From: a virus
Lineage: Duplodnaviria; Caudoviricetes
Length of the DNA stretch: 64,000 nucleotides
Virus record (IMG/VR): IMGVR_UViG_3300037067_026010
Span: 128,001-192,000 of that record
Reading direction: 5' to 3' (one strand)
The notes under the pieces are model-generated. The model was not told where the DNA came from. It searched no databases and worked only from the letters and a program-made list of their open reading frames with translations. Position numbers and translations under genes: made by a program. This document shows positions 58,132 through 64,000 of this stretch, piece after piece (positions within the stretch are counted from its first letter, which is position 1; the number at the start of each line of letters is the position of its first letter).

Positions 58132-58895
58132 ATACGGATAGCCCGCTGCGGCCTACCCCAGCATGCACCCGTCTCCTCGGCCAGATGCCGCTCGCAGTCT
58201 TCTAACGTCGTCTCCGCCCGGCGTAGCTGATCCTCCAGTTCGACCACGGCTTGGGCATTTACGATTGGGCTGTCCAGAAGCACTCCTGCCTCCACAAGCT
58301 CCGTAAGTTTGATATACCAGCTCTGCAAGTCCTTTAGCGCTTCGCGCGCCTTGTCCACGTGATCCACGGGCGTGTCGATGTTACCCCAGGAGTAGCACCG
58401 CTGTGGCCCTGCCAGCTCCCGCACATAGACTTCGGGACGATATTGCTTGTTGCATAACCGCTGAATGGCGGTAGCCCTGGGCACCCCGCCGTCCGGCAAG
58501 GCCATATACGCGGACACCACTGCCTCCCACGGATTGGCGGCGCCTTGCAGGCGCAGTTCCAGCTGCTGCCCATAATCCGCATCCTCGTCAAAACGAAAAG
58601 CAACTGCGTAGCCGTACTGCGGCCAAATGGGGTCGGTCTGCACCTGAATCTCGGATACGCAGCCGCGGTAAGGGCTGGGCCATTCGATATCGCAGCGGCT
58701 GCAATGCAGCCTGACTTGCCCGGCCCGCCACACTGGGGCACCTGCCACACGTGCCGCGCCCGAGATCTGCGGTTTATCGTCATGCCACACCAGTTCCGAA
58801 TAAACGTGGCGCAGCTCCAGAATACCGTCCGCCGGATACCCGCAAAATAAGCACCGCGGATAGCCAAACCAAGTATCGGTACAGATTTGTTGCAT
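58128..58895 (-). CDS. Zn-ribbon domain protein
   Basis: CLFCG...CSRC; ends RAIRI. Confidence 0.75.
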   Translation of the reverse strand: MQQICTDTWFGYPRCLFCGYPADGILELRHVYSELVWHDDKPQISGAARVAGAPVWRAGQVRLHCSRCDIEWPSPYRGCVSEIQVQTDPIWPQYGYAVAFRFDEDADYGQQLELRLQGAANPWEAVVSAYMALPDGGVPRATAIQRLCNKQYRPEVYVRELAGPQRCYSWGNIDTPVDHVDKAREALKDLQSWYIKLTELVEAGVLLDSPIVNAQAVVELEDQLRRAETTLEDCERHLAEETGACWGRPQRAIRI

Positions 58896-58903
58896 AGGGT
58901 CTC

Positions 58904-59332
58904 CTAGCCAAGAATCCCGGCCTGCAGCCGGGCTTCTGCCGTGCGTATTGGCGGGTCCAGCACCCTGGTCTCGCCATTTGTCAGTATCGCGATGTTAACG
59001 ATTTGCAGATGCGCTACGCCATCCACGACCCGCACATGCGGATCACTGAGGGCACGCTTATACGTCTGCCGCCAAGCACGCGGCAACCGTTCTGGATCGT
59101 ACGTCAGACTGGCAACCTGCTTGTGGCTTATGCCCTGCTGGAGCAAGTCCACCCACACCTCAAGCGCCGCGAGGCATTCGAGGGACTGCCTATATTTTGC
59201 CTTCAAGGCTTTAACGACCTCGACCGCGCGTTCGTGCGTCGCCATCAACTCTGCACTAGATTCTTGCGGAGTCTCGGCAACAGGCGGCCCCTCGACAGGG
59301 TGTGTATCCGGATTTTCAGTAGTCATCATCAT
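58904..59332 (-). CDS. Hypothetical protein
   Basis: 142 aa, AAGGAG SD. Confidence 0.75.
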   Translation of the reverse strand: MMMTTENPDTHPVEGPPVAETPQESSAELMATHERAVEVVKALKAKYRQSLECLAALEVWVDLLQQGISHKQVASLTYDPERLPRAWRQTYKRALSDPHVRVVDGVAHLQIVNIAILTNGETRVLDPPIRTAEARLQAGILG

Positions 59333-59558
59333 CTCCTTCCGCGTCCTCCTCTGCCCGATGTCGCGCCCTGGCCTGAAGCTTTAAATGCGTCTGCCAACGC
59401 TGGTCCGCCTCCTTGTGGCCGCGCGTTACTGCTTGTTTTAACAATTGCGCCCCCAAGGTGTTCATCGATCGCTCCTTCGCATATGCCAACCGTTTAAACT
59501 CCTTATAAAGCTCGATCGGCAGGCGCAGCGTGAGCACTGCCTGCTGTTTATCCGCCAT
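59316..59558 (-). CDS. Arc-like ribbon-helix-helix regulator
   Basis: LTLRLPIELYKEFKRLAYAKERSMN. Confidence 0.85.
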   Translation of the reverse strand: MADKQQAVLTLRLPIELYKEFKRLAYAKERSMNTLGAQLLKQAVTRGHKEADQRWQTHLKLQARARHRAEEDAEGDDDDY

Positions 59559-60375
59559 CTGTACGCGTTCCTTTCTGGCTCGATGTCTTCGCTAAGGTGT
59601 TCTCTAGGGTAATAGCCCGCGTGCGATCTGCGGCATGTTTCCGCTGATTCCACGCCGCGATAGACGCGGCACGCCACGCCTCCAGTTCTGCTTTTGCGGA
59701 CAGTAACCTTTCGCGAGTTATCCCGAACGATGCCATACCTTGGCCGGCAGGCGTCGTAAGCGAGGCTTGTGCCGAGGCCAAGGCCCGCGCAAGTTTTGCA
59801 TATTGGGCACTTTGTTGGGCCGGCGTGCCTATCTGGGAAGGTGCAACCGGCACGAGACCGTCGACGCGCCAGACGCTGATATTTGCCTCGGCTAGGCAGG
59901 TTTCCACAGCGGCAAAGGCCGCGGCGTTATCACCGGCGAATGACTGCAGGGCGTGGGTAAGCAGCGCCTCCAACGGGCTTATTGCCTTTATACGGCGCAA
60001 GGGGTCTGCCGTGCCATTGCCCCATATTGCAGAAACCAACCACTCAGTCGGGGAAGGTGCAGCATCCGCAGTATGAATAGCATAAGCCGGAGTCGCAGAG
60101 ACAACGGTATCAGCGGGCTCGTCGATATACGTCGTCCCCCACTGCCGATAGCATTGTCCGCACACCAATATGCAGTCATCTTGGTCAATTGGCTCTACCG
60201 TTTCTTGCGACTCCCAGAATACTTCCGTTTCCCCGGAGTGTTCGGCATTCATCTCCTCGTCAAAGGTGAGGCAGGCCATGCCGCATAGTGTCTCCAGCGT
60301 ACCGCCAGCTGGTGCACCACAGAACGGGCAGTGTGGGTCACGAAATTGCATCAAGTGTCTCCATAAGCTTGCCAT
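59548..60375 (-). CDS. Zn-ribbon domain protein (N-terminus paralogous to 58128..58895)
   Basis: CPFCG...CGQC; C-terminal RAITL. Confidence 0.75.
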   Translation of the reverse strand: MASLWRHLMQFRDPHCPFCGAPAGGTLETLCGMACLTFDEEMNAEHSGETEVFWESQETVEPIDQDDCILVCGQCYRQWGTTYIDEPADTVVSATPAYAIHTADAAPSPTEWLVSAIWGNGTADPLRRIKAISPLEALLTHALQSFAGDNAAAFAAVETCLAEANISVWRVDGLVPVAPSQIGTPAQQSAQYAKLARALASAQASLTTPAGQGMASFGITRERLLSAKAELEAWRAASIAAWNQRKHAADRTRAITLENTLAKTSSQKGTRTDGG

Positions 60376-60408
60376 CGGCCGTCAACGCGTAGACACGCAT
60401 CGGTATGG

Positions 60409-60424
60409 CGGTAGTTAAGCACCG
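60409..60424. promoter_or_regulatory. 16-bp motif, copy 7
   Basis: CGGTAGTTAAGCACCG, intergenic. Confidence 0.75.
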
Positions 60425-60464
60425 GATGGAAAATACATAGGTTAGGGAATTGGCGTAATCGTTG

Positions 60465-60535
60465 CTGTATGACGCTGTGCAGAAGGGGGGTATACGACGC
60501 TATCCGATACCCCCCTTCTGCACAGCGTCATACAG
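60465..60535. repeat. Perfect 29-bp inverted repeat with 13-nt loop
   Basis: CTGTATGACGCTGTGCAGAAGGGGGGTAT and its exact reverse complement. Confidence 0.95.
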
Positions 60536-60578
60536 ACGCAGCTACCCGCAAAAGTCGAAAAATCGAATTCGTGTTACG

Positions 60579-60604
60579 CTATAGGCTAAATATTTAGCCT
60601 ATAG
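60579..60604. repeat. Perfect 26-bp palindrome
   Basis: CTATAGGCTAAATATTTAGCCTATAG. Confidence 0.95.
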
Positions 60605-60620
60605 TGGCTTTTTTTGCACT

Positions 60621-60926
60621 TAAACCCTTACCACGTAAGGACTTACGTACGCAGAAAATCGATGTCCATGTTAATAAACATACTTAACATTTTTACGTAA
60701 GTCCTTACGCAGCAAGGACTTACGAGTGTTACTGCTTCCCCTTCTTCTAAGGGAGCTACCACAGTATGGCACGACATCGCTAATGCGTGGTAGCAGCGTC
60801 GTAACTACCTCGCCAGTAAGGAGTTACGTCAAATATTATCATTAGTGAGTGGCTCGCGTATGTAATGCCTCGTGTAGGTGGTGTGTAATGTAAATTCGTC
60901 GTAAGTCCTTATCGTGTAAGGGTTTA
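60621..60926. repeat. Four dyad sites CGTAAGTCCTTA-N5-TAAGGACTTACG
   Basis: 60621-60647, 60696-60724, 60800-60828, 60900-60926. Confidence 0.9.
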
Positions 60927-61097
60927 GGTACTATTTCAACCTCGTGATAGACATGGCGTATTTAGCCTACTTACTACTTCGATATCCTGCTACTGACGTG
61001 CAGGGATGAACAGCGATATACTGCTAATGACGCACAGGGCAACATCAGAGTTGTATGATGCCATATAGTAAAAGACTACTAATTTACTATATAAATG

Positions 61098-61130
61098 AAA
61101 AAAGCCATACCACCTACTGGTGGCATGGCT
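61098..61130 (-). terminator. Intrinsic terminator
   Basis: AGCCATGCCACC-AGTA-GGTGGTATGGCT plus T run. Confidence 0.75.
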
Positions 61131-61232
61131 AATACCTGCAATCATTACGGCTGTAGTCTGGCCTGTTGTCGGCTACCTATACAATTTCAAACGGTACTTT
61201 TACAAAGAACCGAGTAAATCGGGACTTGGGGC

Positions 61233-61481
61233 TTACGACTCGGCCGGTAACTCCCCAAGCTGCATGAGGCGCTGACACAGCGTATCCGCTGCTGCTTCCG
61301 GCGTCGGGCCTGCACATGTCAGACACTCCGCGAAAAGCTTATCCTGCCCGATGTATACCGGCTCCTTATAAGGGCGCCAGGCTTGCGCGTAGTAACCGCC
61401 ATAGTCCTTGTTGTAGCCCACACTGTAAGTCCAACCCTTTGCCTCGAGTTGTTGTAGCCGCGCATCTAACGTAGTACCCAT
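61233..61481 (-). CDS. Hypothetical protein
   Basis: 82 aa, GGAG SD. Confidence 0.8.
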   Translation of the reverse strand: MGTTLDARLQQLEAKGWTYSVGYNKDYGGYYAQAWRPYKEPVYIGQDKLFAECLTCAGPTPEAAADTLCQRLMQLGELPAES

Positions 61482-61496
61482 TTTATCACTCCAAAT

Positions 61497-61516
61497 AAAA
61501 ACCCCGCCGTAGCGGG
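61497..61516 (-). terminator. Possible terminator
   Basis: CCCGC-TACG-GCGGG followed by GTTTT. Confidence 0.5.
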
Positions 61517-61538
61517 ATGAAGCGCGGGTAATTAGTGG

Positions 61539-61859
61539 TCAGTCGCTGATAAGGTATTTTTTCGCAATTGGCGGGGTACTTTGCAAGATCAATCCACGCG
61601 CATTGACCTTGACGAAGAAACTATCCGTGAGCGTCGCGTCCGGGCACATGCGAAAAATGTTCACCCGGAAGGAGTACGGCGTAATCGGCGTTGCCCGGGT
61701 GCGGCATGCCGAAATCGGAGCCAGGTCCGCCGGCCGTCCCAGCAATTGCAGCACGCTGTTTAGTACGTGTTGTGGATTTACCGGGCTAATTGCCGCATTT
61801 TCTTGTGGTGCCTCCTGTTTATCGCAAGTAGCTGAGGCCGTTTTGGCAGGGCTAGACAT
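61539..61859 (-). CDS. Hypothetical protein
   Basis: 106 aa from MSSPAK. Confidence 0.7.
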   Translation of the reverse strand: MSSPAKTASATCDKQEAPQENAAISPVNPQHVLNSVLQLLGRPADLAPISACRTRATPITPYSFRVNIFRMCPDATLTDSFFVKVNARGLILQSTPPIAKKYLISD

Positions 61860-61996
61860 CACGCTTCCTTTCTGTGCCACGCACGCTTTTCCCTTAAAGG
61901 ACACTGATTTACCTAGGATTCGGGCACCGTTACGCACGATAACCCGGGGTATATCTGCAGCGCGCATCATTGTTATTGCCGTGTGCTGCAGTGGTT

Positions 61997-62320
61997 TTAC
62001 CGCCAGCCTCCAAGGCGTTTCGGAATATGCCAGCGCAAGCCGAAGGTACGATAGGCAAGGTCCTGGCCGATGGCGCAGGCGCAACCCAGCGCGGACAGGT
62101 GCACGTGCACATAGGCCTGCTCCGAGCCGTATAGGGCTATCGTACCATAATCAAATCTGGTGATTAAGCACCGCTCCCTGCCTTCGGCAAAGACGAGTAC
62201 GGCCCCGGAGCCGGCCTGCGGACCCTCAGTTTTTTGAAGGTCCACCACCCGTATGGTGTCCAATTTGTCGTGCCAGCTCGGGTCGCGCACGGACCACTGG
62301 TTGACGGTACAGGTTCTCAC
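61997..62320 (-). CDS. Hypothetical protein (contains 16-bp motif copy 8 at 62158-62173)
   Basis: 107 aa, GTGA coupling. Confidence 0.6.
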   Translation of the reverse strand: MRTCTVNQWSVRDPSWHDKLDTIRVVDLQKTEGPQAGSGAVLVFAEGRERCLITRFDYGTIALYGSEQAYVHVHLSALGCACAIGQDLAYRTFGLRWHIPKRLGGWR

Positions 62321-62514
62321 GATATGGGACCCTTTGCTATTTTGATTGGTACGCCGCCAGGCTGGAAATCAGACCGGGCCAGGTAAGCCGTAGGCACGTC
62401 GTCGGGTGATATCCGTATTACCTGCACGACTGTTTCATCCGGAGCGTCTTTGTCCGAGTCCGTCTGCGGGGCAGCGGCACGAGCACCGACGACGCGCACC
62501 TGAAAGTTCGCCAT
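62317..62514 (-). CDS. Hypothetical protein
   Basis: 65 aa from MANFQV. Confidence 0.6.
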   Translation of the reverse strand: MANFQVRVVGARAAAPQTDSDKDAPDETVVQVIRISPDDVPTAYLARSDFQPGGVPIKIAKGPIS

Positions 62515-62515
62515 A

Positions 62516-63073
62516 CTATTTTTCGCTTTCCGGTTTTTCCCAGGTTGTCTGGCTGAACTGCTGACACCAGAACACCTGACCCTGCGCGTTGCGATATCCT
62601 GCAATACCGATCGTTCGGTGCCGTGGGTTAAGGATGTTTGCCCGGTGCCCGGAAGAACTAAGCCACGACCGCAGCACCTCTTGGGCAGTAGACTGCCCCA
62701 TAGCGATGTTTTCCGCAAAGGGGCTGTTGGCATGCACCATACCGTTGCCCCGAGCCATCCATGCGCAATGTTCGCGGGCACAGAGATGAATTACGCGATC
62801 GAGCACCAGCGGCACGAGGCCGTACCGCCGGCGCTCTTGGTTTACCGCGTCCAATAAAGCCTGTTCGCACTCGTAGACCGGGGCGGCATCGACCGGGCTG
62901 GCCACCACCCGGGCAGGGTCGACGGTATGCGCCGAGGTCCGGCTTACGGTCCGACTTACGGTGCGCGTACGCATAAAACGCCTGCCGGCGGCTTGAACGT
63001 CCGCGGCATAAAGCAGGCAAGTCAACACGAACACAAACAGGCTGAACATTCTGAATTTCGACATCATCGTCAC
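62516..63073 (-). CDS. Secreted CAP/SCP domain protein
   Basis: Signal peptide; VNQERRRYGLVPL, ENIAMGQ, WLSSSGHRANIL, FWCQQF. Confidence 0.92.
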   Translation of the reverse strand: MTMMSKFRMFSLFVFVLTCLLYAADVQAAGRRFMRTRTVSRTVSRTSAHTVDPARVVASPVDAAPVYECEQALLDAVNQERRRYGLVPLVLDRVIHLCAREHCAWMARGNGMVHANSPFAENIAMGQSTAQEVLRSWLSSSGHRANILNPRHRTIGIAGYRNAQGQVFWCQQFSQTTWEKPESEK

Positions 63074-63120
63074 TGGCTCCTTCTAAGTAATGGGACTGGT
63101 AAACGCGTAAATAGAATACA

Positions 63121-63579
63121 CTAATCTTTCGGTGGCCACGCCAGCCCGGCCATAACCATTTGCGCCTGGCTGTTGCTGGCAATCAGAGCACGTAACGTCG
63201 CATTGTCCGTGGCATTCGTGCTTGGCGTGCGCGCCATATACGCAAGGAGCTGCTCCTCGCGCACAAGCAGCGCAGATAGCGTTGCACTGATCGCCGTCGT
63301 GGCCTCCATCATGTTTGCCCATTTGGTGGGGCCACCCACGGCAGAAATGCCACGTGCTACCTGGCGCGAAACGATCGCCTGGTGGCAACTGATCTCGGCC
63401 AAGTGCCTGAGCGGGCCGGGTGAGACAGTGCAGCCCACTTCCCGGCTGACAATTGCGCACAGTTCGGGTATGGTGTGTTTGCCACCGGCCAATATGTCGA
63501 CATGGCTGCGACACCAATCCATTACGGCGAGACGTTTGGCGTCATTGAGACGGTTAATTTTGCGCGGTGCTTCGGACAT
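63121..63579 (-). CDS. Hypothetical protein, possible HTH
   Basis: 152 aa from MSEAPR, AGGAG SD. Confidence 0.65.
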   Translation of the reverse strand: MSEAPRKINRLNDAKRLAVMDWCRSHVDILAGGKHTIPELCAIVSREVGCTVSPGPLRHLAEISCHQAIVSRQVARGISAVGGPTKWANMMEATTAISATLSALLVREEQLLAYMARTPSTNATDNATLRALIASNSQAQMVMAGLAWPPKD

Positions 63580-63629
63580 CTTTTGCTCCTGTATAATTAC
63601 CTGGTTGTATACCGTACCATTAAACGTAA

Positions 63630-63821
63630 TTACTGCGGGATGGCAGTAATGGCGACCGTCAGGTCGTCCTGGTCCTGGCAGACATAGGCCTCTAAACCGG
63701 CTTGGGCATTGCGCAGCCAAAACTCGGTGCCGACGCCGGACTCCGGCCCGGAGATAAATTCCCATTGCTCCATCGGGGTGTTGCTGCGTTCAGCGACCGC
63801 AATAAGTACTCGGCTAAACAT
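63630..63821 (-). CDS. Hypothetical protein
   Basis: 63 aa. Confidence 0.6.
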   Translation of the reverse strand: MFSRVLIAVAERSNTPMEQWEFISGPESGVGTEFWLRNAQAGLEAYVCQDQDDLTVAITAIPQ

Positions 63822-64000
63822 GGCCTAACTCCGATATTTGAATTTGCTGCCAACTTTCGGTAATAACCTTATTGTCGGACGCGGCGAGCTGCGCGAGATA
63901 CGCAATCAGCGCAATTAAGCGCTGGGCGGATTGTACGCGCGTATGCCGGGTGCGCACCACCATACGCGCCGCTTGCTCCGGCGACGTGGCAATAACCACG
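63814..64000 (-). CDS. Partial hypothetical protein
   Basis: Open frame to window edge. Confidence 0.5.
   Translation of the reverse strand, partial: VVIATSPEQAARMVVRTRHTRVQSAQRLIALIAYLAQLAASDNKVITESWQQIQISELGHV

Noticed and set aside
60376-61232. tRNA genes in the non-coding locus
   Set aside because: No cloverleaf or T-loop GTTCRA in proper context seen
1-64000. Host assignment or cellular chromosome origin
   Set aside because: No housekeeping gene context; gene content is phage-like, but the host cannot be determined from this window

Overview
Segment of a large dsDNA bacteriophage genome (jumbo-phage-like, GC-rich). Genes are densely packed and almost all on the - strand. I found no rRNA, tRNA or CRISPR array. 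Left end: a pentapeptide-repeat gene and a tandem array of 18 translationally coupled, highly diverged small Gln/Trp-rich genes (634-4582). Next come accessory genes, a putative portal, RuvC, a DEDDh exonuclease and a BCS1-like AAA ATPase. The replication/recombination block has RecA, a frameshifted SSB-like gene, a UDG-PolA fusion with a LAGLIDADG intein, DnaG, DnaB, an SF2 helicase and SbcCD. HldE, many hypothetical genes and an AT-rich, palindrome-packed non-coding locus (60.4-61.2 kb) follow. Top leads: (1) an adjacent pair inside the replication operon, a minimal Cas7/RAMP-like protein and an apparently catalytically dead IS110/Nop-like protein; (2) the Q-rich cassette array; (3) an R-x-I-x-L short motif near the C-termini of many unrelated proteins; (4) a 16-bp quasi-palindrome found 8 times, mostly at gene boundaries; (5) several apparent pseudo-enzymes. 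All family calls come from motif reading by eye; no database search was run.
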